Source: the human T2T-CHM13v2.0 reference genome, Homo sapiens
NCBI RefSeq assembly: GCF_009914755.1
Contig: NC_060934.1
Reading direction: 5' to 3' (one strand)
Length of the DNA: 64,000 nt
In this document: positions 1 through 12,900 of the stretch, piece after piece
Layout of the letters: each line of letters starts with the position of its first letter
How positions within the stretch are numbered: position 1 is the stretch's first letter
Notes under the pieces: generated by a model
Seen by the model: the letters and a program-made list of their open reading frames with translations, nothing else
What the model was told of the DNA's origin: nothing
The model's database searches: none
Made by a program: the position numbers and the translations under genes

Positions 1-222
1 ACCCTGCCCCAGCCAGGCCACGCCTCAACCCTAGCCCTGACCCCACCCCCTGGCCCCACCCTGGACCCCATCCCACAGTCCCAGCCAGGCCAAGCCCCAA
101 CTCTAGCCCTGACCCCATCCCCCAGCTCTACCGTGAACCCCGCCCCATGCCTCCAGCCCCTAGCCTTGACCTCGCCTCCTGCCCCCTGCCCCCGCCCGTG
201 CCCCAGCCAGGCCCCGCCTCAC

Positions 223-345
223 CTTTTCAGGCCCGGCTTCCAGCTGCTGCTTCTGCTCCACGCAGATCTGCCCCACGCGGGCCAGCAGGTCATGAGGGGG
301 CATAAAGACCCGGGAGCTCAGGAGAAAGGTGAAGATGTACGTCCT
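223..345 (-). CDS. RASGEF1A: RASGEF1A internal coding exon (RTYIFTFLLSSRVFMPPHDLLARVGQICVEQKQQLEAGPEK), N-terminal RasGEF (REM) domain
   Basis: 123 nt / 41 codons, phase 0-0. Acceptor ...CTCCTGCCTTCAG|AGG (AG at 347-346) and donor AAG|GTGAGG (GT at 222-221). The peptide continues the upstream exon in frame (..YYPD|RTYIF..) and matches RASGEF1A as I recall it. Confidence 0.96.
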
Positions 346-814
346 CTGAAGGCAGGAGACGGAGAGAGGGCGGAGGGAGGGTGAGGCAGGCCCCCGGGGG
401 CTCACCGCGCTGCTTCACCTGGCCCGGCTGCCTCCCAGGCCCAGCACCGCCGGTCCCGAGGCCATGCCTTCACCTGCCCGGTTCCCTTCGCCTTGCAGGC
501 CCTTCCTCCTCTTACTGCTACCCCGGCCCTGCCTACCTAGGAGGCACGGCTCGAGCCCCGCCTCCCAGCAGCTCTCCCAGGCCTCCTAGCAGTCTTCCTC
601 CGCTGGGATTCTCCCCCTCTCTGCCCCACGCCACCATAGGGCTAACCCCAGCCTGGGACGTTGGTAGGGCTCCATGGTGCTCGCTGCGCCAGGATGCAAG
701 CCAGCTGCTGTTTCAGATCCTCGTGGGCCGAGCTGGAGGTCAGCGGTGGGGAGGGTGGGGGATGCAGGGAGGTTGGCACAGGAGCGGGGCCTGTCGGGAG
801 CAGGGCTGATCCAT

Positions 815-888
815 GGGGCGGGGCCTCATCAGCAGGGGCGGGGCCCCATCAGCAGGGGCGGGGCCCCATCAGCAGGGGCGGGGCCTCA
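815..888. repeat. 20-bp tandem repeat GGGGCGGGGCCYCATCAGCA x3.7
   Basis: Units start at 815, 835, 855 and 875. Confidence 0.95.
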
Positions 889-2843
889 GGGGCAATGCTG
901 GTGGGGGCCCCTGCACTCTCTGACCAGCTCTGGGCCTAGACCCTGACTGCCAGAGCAGGGCCCCTCCATACCACATCCACGTGCCTTCCATCGAGATCCT
1001 CGTGGGCTGGGTTCTTGGGCCTTTTGTCTAATGAGGGTCAATGTCTGTGGGAACTTCACTCTAGCTCCTGCTTGTGGACAGGGTAGACTTGCAGGTTGAG
1101 GAGACTGCCTAGGGCTTCCTAGAGGGACTCTGCCCCACGTGGCTGCTGCAGGCTGGGCTGCCCAGAAGCCTCTGCCTCCACTCCCAGCCCATATAACCCG
1201 GTTTTTCTTGCCCCAGCCAGAAGCAAGCCAGGTTGTGCTTGCTGGGAGTACAGGCCTCCTGGAGCAGGACTCAGGGGCCTGGGCTGACACTGCCCACCGC
1301 AGCCCTCCCTGGAGCATCAGGGACTCCTCTAACATCCTGCAAACTTCCCACACCCTGCCCCAGGCTATGCAGCATGGCGAATTGAGGGGTCAGAACCAGC
1401 ACATCTCTCAGGGTCCCCCTTCTAAGGAGACAACTAAGACGTGGAGGAAAGGCCCACCATGGAGCTCTTGGCCAAGGGCAGGGCACCCAAGGGGAGAGCC
1501 TGTGCATCTCCAAGGAGGAGCATGGAGACCATGTGTGCATGTTTGTGTGCATGTGTGAGTGTGTTCAGCTACCGGTGCACATGGGGAAGGGTGGGGTGGC
1601 GGGGGAGGGGTAGGTGCTCGGCAGAGGAGCCAATGCCCAACTGGAGTCTCGTGGGAAGCTGGTCAGATCTCAGGGCACAGGGACCACACTGGGTGACCGC
1701 CAAGGTGGCTCCTCTGGGGTAGGCCTCTGAGAAGGGTGGCTTCTCCAGCTGTGGCATGAGGCCTCTGCCCCACAGACGGCCCTGCCCTGGACTACCTCAG
1801 GGCCTTGGGCCCCTCCCCTGGCTCTGCCCTGTGGGCACTCACCAGCCTGTCTGCACTGCCATCTCCAGCCCCAGCCAAACCCTGACAGGGCTTACGGGAC
1901 AGACAGAAGGACAGATGGAGGAGGAGGAGGAGTGGGCAACAGAAAGGCAAGGCCCCCTCACCCAAAGCCCAGGAAGGCAGTGGAGGTCTGGCAGGTGGTG
2001 AAGCCAGGCTGACTGCAGCCCCGTTCAGTGGAAGCTAGAGGGCAGCATCCCTCCCGCCCACCTCCCTGCAAGCTGTCTGACTCCCAGGCTGACAAGCAGG
2101 GCAGGGAGGGAGAGGGGATAGCATGATGCGGGCAGGACTGGCCCTCCCAGAGGGTAGATGCTCAGCTCACAAGAGGGAGCTGGCAGGCCCAGTGCCACTG
2201 CTGCTAAGAGACATCACCCTCCAGGGGGAGGGAAGGCACACTTGACAAGGGAACACTTTCTCTGTTCCAAGACTGTATCATGCCACCTTGAGGTGAAAAG
2301 GGAGGATTAGGGTTGTTGCCTAAGAACAGTCCCCGAGTCAGCCTGAACAGTGCTCTGCTGACAGGGCAGGGCAGGCCGGGCCATCTCCTCTTCATTCTGG
2401 ACCACCAGGGTTTATGTACAAACCAGCTTCCCAGCTCAGCCCTGGGCTCCAGGACCTCGGCTGGGCGTGCCCTCGCCAGGACCCCAAGTGCTGGCTTTGC
2501 CCTTTAAAACTCCTCTTCCTCCTTGGAGGCCCTGCTCAGAACTCAGGGCCCTGCTCGGCCCTTGTGTGTTTCTGCTTCCCGTGTCCCTAGGATCATCTCC
2601 TCCTACCTGGGGCAGCAGCAGGGAAGTCACAGCAGGTTCCCCCAGGCCACCTGCTAGCTGGTGGTGTATGCAGAGCAGAAGGCAGAGAAGGCCCTAGAGG
2701 TGGGCCTGGGCCCCCCACTGCCCTGCCCCTCCTGCAGCCCTGTCCAGCTCTACCACTCTGTGGGGGCCTCCCTCCCACACCCGACATCTCCTGGAGCCCA
2801 GGTCACCCCATTAGTCTCACTCCACAAGGCCCCACGTACTCAC

Positions 2844-3041
2844 ATCGGGGTAATAGTCCACCGTGGGAACAAGGTGCTCCATCAGGGCCTCCAGGGACCC
2901 AGAGATGAGGTGTCCATCTTGGAAGATGAGGTCCCCGGAGCCGCCACCGGCCCCGCCTCCACGCTCCCCCATGCCAGGCTGCACCTGTCCGCTACAGCTG
3001 GGCCCAAGGATGCTGGAGAAGACAACGGACGTCTGGGGCAT
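2844..3041 (-). CDS. RASGEF1A: RASGEF1A start-codon exon, coding part (MPQTSVVFSSILGPSCSGQVQPGMGERGGGAGGGSGDLIFQDGHLISGSLEALMEHLVPTVDYYPD); whole exon 2844-3047
   Basis: ATG at 3041-3039, 198 nt / 66 codons. Acceptor TCTTTTCTCCCAG|GAAACTATG (AG at 3049-3048) and donor GAT|GTGAGT. The ISGSLEALMEHL motif is typical of the REM domain start. Confidence 0.96.
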
Positions 3042-4315
3042 AGTTTCCTGGGAGAAAAGAGCAAGGACATGAGGCATCAAAGGCGCCTCCACAGCTCCAC
3101 AGACCCTCCTCCCAGGCAGCCTGCAGCGTGCATGCATGTGTGCAGGGGTGCGTGGCAGGGGCGCAGCGGCACTGGCAGAGGGCACCCCCATTCCAGGGCA
3201 GGGCAGGCGGGCTCCTTGGTGGTCCCCCAGCCGCTGCACATCTGATCACTGTGTCTTCAGCTCCCTGTGGGCCAGACCTCATTCCAGGGCCCTGGACACT
3301 CAAAGCCGGCAGAGAAGAGAAACTCTGGGAAAAATGTCCAAGAAGGGACAGGGAGCCTGCGGTGGGCAGTCAGGGCTGCCTGGGGTGAGAGGGCTGTGAA
3401 CAACTGATGGGGCTGGCCGCGCAGCTCCCAGGATAAGAAAGGAACACCCTAGGCATGAGGTACAGTGAGTGCCAAGGTCCTGACCCAGAGATGTGTGCAG
3501 CGGGGAGCTGGGAGGACAGTCTGAGGACTCAGGGCCGGACACACAGGCTGCATGTGCTGCTTCACTGAGGTGGGAGCCTGGGGCTCTGAGCACAGTGGTC
3601 TGACTTACGGTGGCTGCCACGTGGATGGTGGGTCTTGCCACAGCCCAAGGAGAGCTTGCTCAGGCAGGCGGTAGCAGGAGTGGCGAGCAGGGCCACTCCA
3701 CATGGTGAAGGTCTTGGGCCAAGTGGCTGACCAGTATGAGGCAGGGCTGTGGGCAGGGCTAGAGAGAGATCTGGAACTGGCTTTGGGGCCTGTGAGTCTG
3801 AGTGCCCCTGAGCTGCAGATGTCTGAGCAGCTGGGCCTCCTGGAGGCCTCGGTGCCCACACTGGGACTGTCCTCCACAGCATGGCCCGCTGTGATGGGGC
3901 TCAGGGTCTCACCACACCCTGCAGCTGGGAGTTCTTGTGAAGCCTAGGGGAGTCTGAAGCCCTCTGGGCCTGTTTCCCCAGTGCCCCAGACAGCCAGCCA
4001 TGCCTGGGAGGAGCCAAGTGGGGACTGGACGATGCAGCAACTGCCAGCCTGAGGGCCAGAGGTGGCCTGCCTGTGGCCTTGCCTGCACACAGAGCCAGCC
4101 TCAACCTCCTGGCCCTCAAGGGAAGGCAGCACAGGTGCCAGCGGCTGAGGTCAGGTGGAGAAGCGAGACCCTCCTGCCATTTTGGCCTTAGTTTCCCCAC
4201 TGCACAGAGCAAATTGTTGCCATGATTACTTCAGTGCCATGACAGGACCGTGGGCCTCTGCCCTGTAGGGGCCTTACAAGGAGAGAGCGGACCACCTGCC
4301 CACACCCCCCACGTC

Positions 4316-4316
<1 letters not shown>

Positions 4317-4368
<52 letters not shown>
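4317..4368. repeat. (AC)26 microsatellite
   Basis: Uninterrupted AC run. Confidence 0.98.
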
Positions 4369-4370
<2 letters not shown>

Positions 4371-4599
4371 CACGTCCCTGTCCCTCCCACCAGGGAAAAA
4401 AGAGCATCTGGCCCAGACGTCACTGGTTTTCCCACCAAACACCTAAAGGTTTCCTTGGAATTCTTAGAAAGTCTTTGGCAAGGAGAGCAAGAACGCAACC
4501 AAAGGCCCCACGATGACGCTGGGTGGAATGTCCAGGCCCCCAGGCTCAGTGCTGCCCCCACTCCAGGACAGGGAGGTCATGGCTCAGACTCATACAATG

Positions 4600-4747
4600 C
4601 TCCCTTCAAACTCAGGCCAGCAGCGGTGCCTCACACAAGTTAGAATGCACATTCTCAGGCCTAGCCCCAGACCTGCTGGTCAGAAACTCTGGGGTGGACT
4701 GCTTCTGTACCCCAACGCGCTCTCCACTCCAGCCCAGGAACCACTGA
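4600..4747. mobile_element. MER5-like hAT-Charlie DNA transposon remnant
   Basis: GTTAGAATGCACATTCTCAGGCCTAGCCCCAGACCTGCTGGTCAGAAACTCTGGGGTGG...GAACCACTG resembles MER5A. Confidence 0.55.
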
Positions 4748-4754
4748 TGTGAGC

Positions 4755-4850
4755 CAATCCTTCATTTTTCAGATGGTGAAACTGAGGCCCAGTGGGAAGG
4801 AACTCAACTAAGGAAACCCCAGGAGTTCCAAGTCCAGCCTAGGTGTCACC
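4755..4850 (-). mobile_element. MIR SINE fragment
   Basis: Core CATTTTTCAGATGGTGAAACTGAGGCCCAG. Confidence 0.6.
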
Positions 4851-6319
4851 ACCTCCAGGAAGCCTCCCTGGGTTTAACCTAGACTGTTGACCCACAAAGC
4901 CAGAAGTGGCTGTATCATTCACCTGTGTATCCTATCGCTGGCCCAGGGTGGCACTCAGTGACCATTTGTGCAATGAAGTCACGAAGGCGGGCTCACAAAC
5001 CCCTTGTTGCCCACAGCTGCTCAGCACTGTCTCAGGCATCTGAGGCCAATGCACTGTGGGACAACCTCCCCAAGATCACACAGTTCTGGGTTCAAAAGGC
5101 GACCAGCAGGTGGTAACCTTGGTCAGTTGGGCCTCCTCACCCCAAGCTCTTGGGGTCATCAGAGAGGGCATTTGCCGAGCCACTGGCCTCTCCCACTGCA
5201 GGCTGCTCTGGTCAGGAGGTAGTATGTGGGGGATGCACTCTGACACCCCACAAACTCAGCCCCAGCCGATCCCCCACAGGGCAAGGCCACTCCATGTCCA
5301 GCCTGCAGAGAGACCTGCCTCAGTGCTAGGAGGCCTGCCTAGGAGTTGAGGAGCCATCCTGGGGACCCAGCCCACTGGTCAGCAGCCAGAGAGGGGCTGG
5401 GAAGGCCACGCCTTCGAGGGTGGGGGCCTGGAGGAGGAGCATGCAGGGGTGTCCCAGGCAAGCAGAGGTTCTGCACATGCTCAGAATCCCTTTGGGGAGT
5501 CAGCAGAGCCTGAGGGGGACCGTGTGGAGCCGCACTGACCTGAGAGGTGGGGTGCTCTGGGTTCCTTCTGTCCTGCCTACCTGGAGACCCACCTGGGGAC
5601 ACGGCCCAGGGCTAGGTCTCCTGCATCCAACAAACCAAGACCCTGCAGGTCTGGGGGATGCCCCATGAGCCCCTACCCCCGAAAGCTCAAACCTAGCAGG
5701 GCCCACCCTGCCCAGCCACGGAGCACTTCGAGGAGGGTCTCCAGGGCTCAGTGCCAAGTGGAGAGGCAGGTTCCCTACATGGCTTTTCCCGGGCAGGAAT
5801 GCCGGCCCTGCAGCAGGCCCACTCCTTGTTCCTGGGTGCATCTGGCCAGCCCTCCACCTTCCCAGCTGTGAAATGGTGATGATGACAGCACTTCCACTGC
5901 GGGGTCCCCTGCCGGCCACCCCCACCCAGCCCTGAGGTCGCTTGTTCTTGCACCTGCTTCCTCCTTGCCCCAACAGCAGGGGCAGGCACTTCGACAGGCA
6001 GCTGCAAACCTGTGTATCTGAACAGCTGTGTCCACCACCAGGCAGCCCCTTCCCAAGGAAGAATTGCACACTGGGCTCTTGGCTCCAGTCACAGCAATAG
6101 CCATCATGATACACCGATGGCCAGGGTGCTGAACACTGAAAACCGCAAGGCTACAGTTGAAGAATCCCAGTTACTCTTCCCAGTCACCCCCTATGCTCCC
6201 AGAGAACCCGTTATTCCCTTACGCAGACGAGGGGTGAGTACCTGCCCCAGGTCACAGCCAGAGGGCAACAGTGCCAGGATTCATGCCGAGCAAGCAGCAG
6301 GGGTAGGCAGGGAGCCCAA

Positions 6320-6480
6320 GTCCGAGCCTGGCTCCACCACCTGTCTTGGCTATGTCAAGATCCTCAAACCCTTGGAGCCTTAACTTCTTTGTCTGTAAAA
6401 TGGGCACAGGGAGCACTACTTCAGAGGTTTGCAGGGAAGATCAGAGGAGCCCCTGTGTAAGGTGCTGGGCACCAGGTGCC
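6320..6480 (+). mobile_element. MIR SINE fragment
   Basis: Core CCTTAACTTCTTTGTCTGTAAAATGGG...ACTTCAGAGGTTTG. Confidence 0.55.
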
Positions 6481-7114
6481 TCCTCACCCCCAGGAGCTGA
6501 TTCCCACCAGCATGATTGCTCAGCACCCCTACAGACCACACAGGAGGCACTGCTTATTCTAGACACACTGGCCCTTTGTGTTTGGGCACTGTGGAGAGCT
6601 CAGGAAGCCCCCCCCCCAGGGCTAGGCAGAGATAGGGCTGTGGCGGGCCAGCTTGCTCAACCAGCATTTGTGGGAACCATCACCTCCACCCCAAGTCCAG
6701 CTGGGGCTGGCCTGGACAGAGCAGGCCACCCTGACCCCAGAGAGCCAGACCCTGCATGGATGCTCTAAGGCCAGGTGTGGTCCCCAGAGCAGGAGCAGTA
6801 CCTTCTCCTGAGCCAGAAACTGGTGGGAGTGGGCCCAGTGCTCCCCTTTCAGGTAGCTCAGCTGCACACTGGCGTTCTAGACCCTTCCCCTACAGCCTCT
6901 CAGTTCCAAGTGTGGCCGCTGGACCTGCAGCTAAAGCATGACCTGTCGATTGTCAAAGAGCAGATCTCAAGTTCCAGGCCAGGCCTGCTGGGTCACATCT
7001 GCTGCTGAGCAAGACACCAGGTGAATCATGTGCAGGTGAATGGAAGGCCCGGGAAGCCCACCTGTGTGAGAACCTCAGCCTCCAGGTAAGCTGCACCGGC
7101 TAACTCAGAGCAGG

Positions 7115-7416
<302 letters not shown>

Positions 7417-7768
7417 CCAGGGCAGGCCCTCAGCTGTAGTATGTGCACACCAGCACCATGTGGGGATTTTTCAAAGACACCGTGCCTGACCCCTGCCTGG
7501 ACAACTGATTTAACTGGTCTCAGGGGCAGGAGAGGCACTGGCATCTTCCACAGACTTCCAGGAAGCACGGGGAGCCTCTCTCCTGCCTCAGCTGCTCCTG
7601 GCTGCACCAGACCCATCTCGAGGCAGCAGACCCTGTGAAGGGCTCAGGAAGCACCCTCCTCCCACCCAGGATGTAGGCACAGACGGGGCCGGGGCCAGCC
7701 AGTGTGCCAGACCAGTGTCTGTGGGAACCCTCACCTCCACCCCAGGTCCAGCTGGGGCTGGCCTGGAA

Positions 7769-7960
7769 GAGCAGCAGCCCCTTGCAGGGAGTGGGGGACA
7801 GGCTTGCACCCAGTAGCCCCTCTGACTCCTTGGAGCAGCAGCCCCTTGCAGGGAGTTGGGGACAGGCTTGCACGCAGTAGCCCCTCTGACTCCTTGGAGC
7901 AGCAGCTCCTTGCAGGGAGTGGGGGACAGGCTTGCACGCAGCAGCCCCTCTGGTTCCTTG
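7769..7960. repeat. 64-bp minisatellite x3
   Basis: Unit GAGCAGCAGCCCCTTGCAGGGAGTGGGGGACAGGCTTGCACCCAGTAGCCCCTCTGACTCCTTG starting at 7769, 7833 and 7897. Confidence 0.95.
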
Positions 7961-9882
7961 CAGCCCCTCCTCTGTTCAGGCAGGAAGGAAAGCACCTCCT
8001 AATTATAGAGCTAATCAATGCAGAAGAAACGTGCTTATAGCAAAGCAGAGAAGAGTGACTCACTGTCTCCTGGAGGACGCGCCTCACTCCCTTCTCACCT
8101 CCCACGCAGGGCCGGTGGACACAAGGGCAGTCCCAGGGGCCCAGCCTGCTGGTGAGAGGGGTGCCCTCTTCCATCTTGGAAGAGAGCAGATTTCCATACC
8201 TGGCTTTACTTGGCTCTCTGGGGGCACCATTCGAGAAGGGGGTCCTCCCTGTATCTGAGCCTAAGTCTTCCTGGCTGGGCCTCCAGGGTCACACCCCTGA
8301 CCTGCACAGCCTCAGCAGCACTGTAGGAGGCCTGGAGTGGAGGCTGCCTGGGAGAGGCTGAACCTAGAGGCCCCTTGCCACCTGCCTGCCAGGATGCGCT
8401 GCAGCAGGACAGAGGGCAGGCGGCAGACAACCAGGCACAGGGCTCTCCCCAGGCCTCCACTACTCTGCCTCATTGTGGCTATCCCAGCCTTTTCAGGCTT
8501 GGCCCAAGGTGCCCCACCTGGCACATATGCTGCTGTCCCCCAGAGGATGAAGTGACTCGTGGGGTCCTGCTGCTGTCCCTCCTTGGTCTGCCACAGGTGA
8601 TACCATCCTGAGAGGCCCCCCACAGCTGCACCCCCAGTCTCTCATGCCCTTGTCCACACCCCCGCACACCTGAGTCCTTTCCTGCAGTTGCAGATCCTGG
8701 GCCTGGGACTGCATGCCAGAGAACAGGCTCTGTCCCCACACCCACGGGAAGCCTCTGGGTGGCCCTAAGCCTGCTTCCTCGGCTGGACACTGGGTGTGGA
8801 ATGTCTTGTCCCACCTCCCTGCAGGGTTGCAGTGAGGTTGAAGGGAGAGACGGAAGCTAGTGCGGTTGTGTGCCTGGAGCAGAACCAGGTATGTGGTTCT
8901 GTGCCACCCACATCTAGGCCTTGCCTCAATGGTGCCCAGTGGCCCAGTGCTGGGTGCCACTGCTTCTGACCTGTGGCCTCTGACCTAGGCCCTTAGGGCC
9001 ATGGGCACACACCACACCGCCAGCCCTGGGAGAGGTTGGGGCTGGGGCAGGTTAACACCCTGTAGGAATCCTCACCCCAGAGGCACTGTTTTGAGACACA
9101 GAAGTTTCACAGAGCCTCCCCAGAGATGCCTGGGATGCCAGCTGTTGTTGGAACACATCCCGGCATCTCTCCACTCGCTCCCAGCCTCCTGCTGCCCGGG
9201 ACTGTGCTTCCCAATAAAGCGAGCACAGCCAACATTTCCGTGAGCTCTGATCTCAGGTTTAAGATGGGCTCTGAGACCTTGCACCCCGCCCCATGGAGTG
9301 AGTAGGGTAGAGGAGGGGCTGTCATCTGGTTTCTCAACCCCCTCTGACTCTAGAACAGCCACGTGCTGATGGCGCCAAAGTGCCAGGAGGGGAGAGGCCA
9401 GGAGCCTGCATCCACATGTGGGCCAGGCCTCCCATTGGTGGTCGGCCTGGGGCAGTTCCTCTGTCTGTGTGAGCCTTAGTGGCACTGGCACCTGAACCTC
9501 ATGGTGGCTGTGGGGAGTGCGGGGTGGCAGGGAGACACATGGAGTGTGGCTTCCAGCCCAGCACAAGTGCTCACACGCAGGGCGTGCTTCAGTGCAAGTG
9601 AACACTGCTCCTGGGGCTCTGCTCAGCCTGGGTGAGGGACTGTGGGAACACAGCCCTGGATCTCCAGGACCTTTTCCAGTGGGTACGTTCTGGAGCTCAG
9701 CCTCAATACACCTCAGGGGAGAGGCACTTTTAGGGGACACAGCCTAAAACTTTAGCTTCTGAATATTCACAGCTCCCCCCACAACACTCACACACACAGG
9801 TTCACACAGGTGCACACATGCACACACAGGTGCACAGACCCCTTCGCACCAAGGAATACACTGTGCCAATCACACAGCACTG

Positions 9883-10298
9883 AGAGTGGAGGTCACTATG
9901 TTAAGTGGAGCAAGCCAGGCACAGCAAGACCAACGCTGCATGTTCCCACTCAGGTGGGAGCTGAAAACCTTGCTCTCATGGAGGTAGACAGTAGAATAAT
10001 GGCTACCAGAGGGCAGGAGCGGGAAACAAAGATAGCTTGGGCAACCGGTACAGACTCACATTTAGATAGAAGAAATAACTTCTAATGTTCCATAACAGAC
10101 TCAGGTGGCTATAGTTTGCAGCAATGTATTGTATACTTCAAAAGAGATAGAAGAAATGTTTCCGACACATAGAAATTACAAATGCTCAAGATGATGGATA
10201 CCCCAAATACCCTGCCTTGATCAGCACATAACCCATGCATGTAAAAAATACATGTACCCCATAAATATGTAAAATACTACATATGAATAAAAGAAAAG
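9883..10298 (+). mobile_element. L1MA-type LINE-1 3' end fragment
   Basis: GGAGGTCACTATGTTAAGTG...AGCCAGGCACAG...GATGGATACCCCAAATACCCTG...ATGTACCCCATAAATATGTA followed by an A-rich end. Confidence 0.8.
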
Positions 10299-10444
10299 AA
10301 TAGCTTGAGGAGAGGAAAAAAGCATAGAGAGCAAGAATGGAAGTGGCTAGACTGAGGGTCCAGGGTGAGAAGAGGGGAGGGGGCAGCCAGGATCTGAGAA
10401 ACTTTCCAGCCTTTTAAGAAAGTAAGAGGAGGGACCCTATGTAG

Positions 10445-10855
<411 letters not shown>

Positions 10856-12581
10856 TGCTACCCAGCTATCTAATGTGACCCATGCCCGTCCCCCAGGCAG
10901 CACACAGAGAGAGGCCATCTGCCTCTGGCCTCATGTGTGCAAAAGCTGGATGCGCTCCTCGGGAGGGGCAGCCACACAGTGTGTACACCTTTCCTGAGCT
11001 GGTGCACAGTCCTTCCCTCCATTCAAACTGCAGCCATGGACTCTGAGACCTTGCACCCTGCCCTATCACCCATGAGCTCCTGAGAGCTGCAGCTACGATG
11101 GAGGCCCAGCAGCTCTGAGCCCAAGCCTGTGGCCTCACTGCAGCCAGAGCCTGCTGTGCGTGTCGTCTTCCCGTGCACCCACTCATGTGTCCAGGCCTGG
11201 GCAGCAGCTGGGTCACTTTCCACTCCCGAATGTTCTTTCTGTGTCCTGCACTGAGGATGCCCAGTGATGAGGAGACCCAACAGAGCCACAGGAGGCTTGA
11301 CACCACCGTGGCCTCATAAAAGATCCCCAGGGAAGGGGGACGCAGGGGTCAGTGAGCATTCACCCACCCCGCCCCCCTTCGTAGGTGTGTGCACAGAGCA
11401 CAACTGTCCAGCTCCCCAAAAGGGGCTATGGGAGGAGCATCAGAAGGTGGCCCTATGGGGTAACTGGCCATCCTCCAACACCACCAGCCCCACCACAGCA
11501 GAGAGTAGGAACAACAGGCCAGGAGGGGACAGAGTCTCCTGCACAGCTGGACAGGAACAGGGTCAGGCCTCCGTTCAACTCCAAAGGGAAGAGCAGTATA
11601 AGGCAGGCTCCTAGCACACTGTCGGAATTCTAGGACCCCTTCTGGATCCTGGAGTCTGCAGTTCTGGAAACTTCCAAAGCAGGGATTAACCTTCACTTGA
11701 CTAACCTTGCTTTGCTTTAAGTGTGCATCGTTAGGAGTTAGAGTGAGCTGTGTGCTGGCCATTCCATGACTCATCTCAATGCAATTCTCCCTCACCCAGG
11801 GAGACAGCCCGGAGAGGCCCGTTTCTCAGATGGGGACACTGAGGCTCAGCTCACAGGACCCAAGAGGCCGTAATGTGCAGGACTGCCCAGGTCTGCCCTG
11901 CTGTTCCTCGGACCTCAGCATTGCCCCTGAGAGCACCTGGCAGGGGCATGGCCCCCTGAGCATCAAGTGCAGGCTGAAGCCCTGGCCTGGACATGTGGAC
12001 AAGCACACATTCCCACGACCTGCAGATGATTCGGGGGACCGATGAGCTCCCAGAAGCTCATCTGTGGACTTCAAATTAAGAAACCCAGCTTCCTGGAAAA
12101 CTGGGACAAAAACAGCCCTCAGGGCCCATCATGCATGAGTCCCAGGGATCTGCCAGGAGGTGGAGGAGGGGTTCGAGCCAGCCCCCTGCCTCTGCCAGCC
12201 TTGGCAGGGGGCTTCTTTCTGAGGCAGCACGTGGGCTTCTATTTTTTAACCTACTCAACAAAAACGGAGACTATTTTTAGCTCAGCAAGCTGCAGGGCAT
12301 CACAATTAGCAACTGAAAATTACACATCTCGCCTGTCTCCCCTCTCTTGGCTGGCAGGGAGAGCGTGCTCCTGGAGGGAGCTGGGGGCAGCCCTGTGCCA
12401 TGATCCTGGTGGGCCTCAGGAGGGGAGAGACCTGCGCACCTACCTGTGCTGGGCTGGATGCATGCCACGGACCCGACAGAATGGGCTCTTCGCCCTTCAA
12501 GGGATAACCGGCCAGTTCTCTGAAATTACCGGCACTGGGGTGGGGAAGGAGGTGGGTGTTCCCGGAGCCCTATTCTTTGCC

Positions 12582-12900
12582 CATTCATTCATTCACAAGT
12601 GGTAATGATCCCTGCCTAGATACTGGAGATACACCAGGGGAAAAAAACAGGGTTCTCTGGCCCCAGAGAGCACCCCACAGAGCCTGTGTGGTGCCACGCA
12701 CAACGGCCACAGATGGCGACATGATATTCTGGGTTAGGAGAGAATCAGTGCTCCGACAGAGGAGATGGAAGGTCAGGAATGTGAGTGGGAAAGCGGTAAC
12801 CTCTGCCTGGGCGGTGAGGTTGGCCTCCCTGTGGAGGTGAGGCCTCAGCCGACTGGAAGGAGCTTCTGGGAAAGGACGAGCAGAGTGAGTGGACAGAAGC
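12582..12900 (-). mobile_element. L2 LINE 3' fragment
   Basis: CATTCATTCATTCA terminus followed by CTAGATACTGGAGATACA, typical of antisense L2. Confidence 0.5.

Noticed and set aside
3702-3947. 81-aa antisense ORF with protein-like composition (MVKVLGQVADQYEAG...)
   Set aside because: No recognisable homology, promoter, splice structure or retrocopy hallmarks.
5100-5118. CTCF-like motif (also near 16892-16910)
   Set aside because: Partial matches are expected frequently in GC-rich DNA and cannot be supported without ChIP data.
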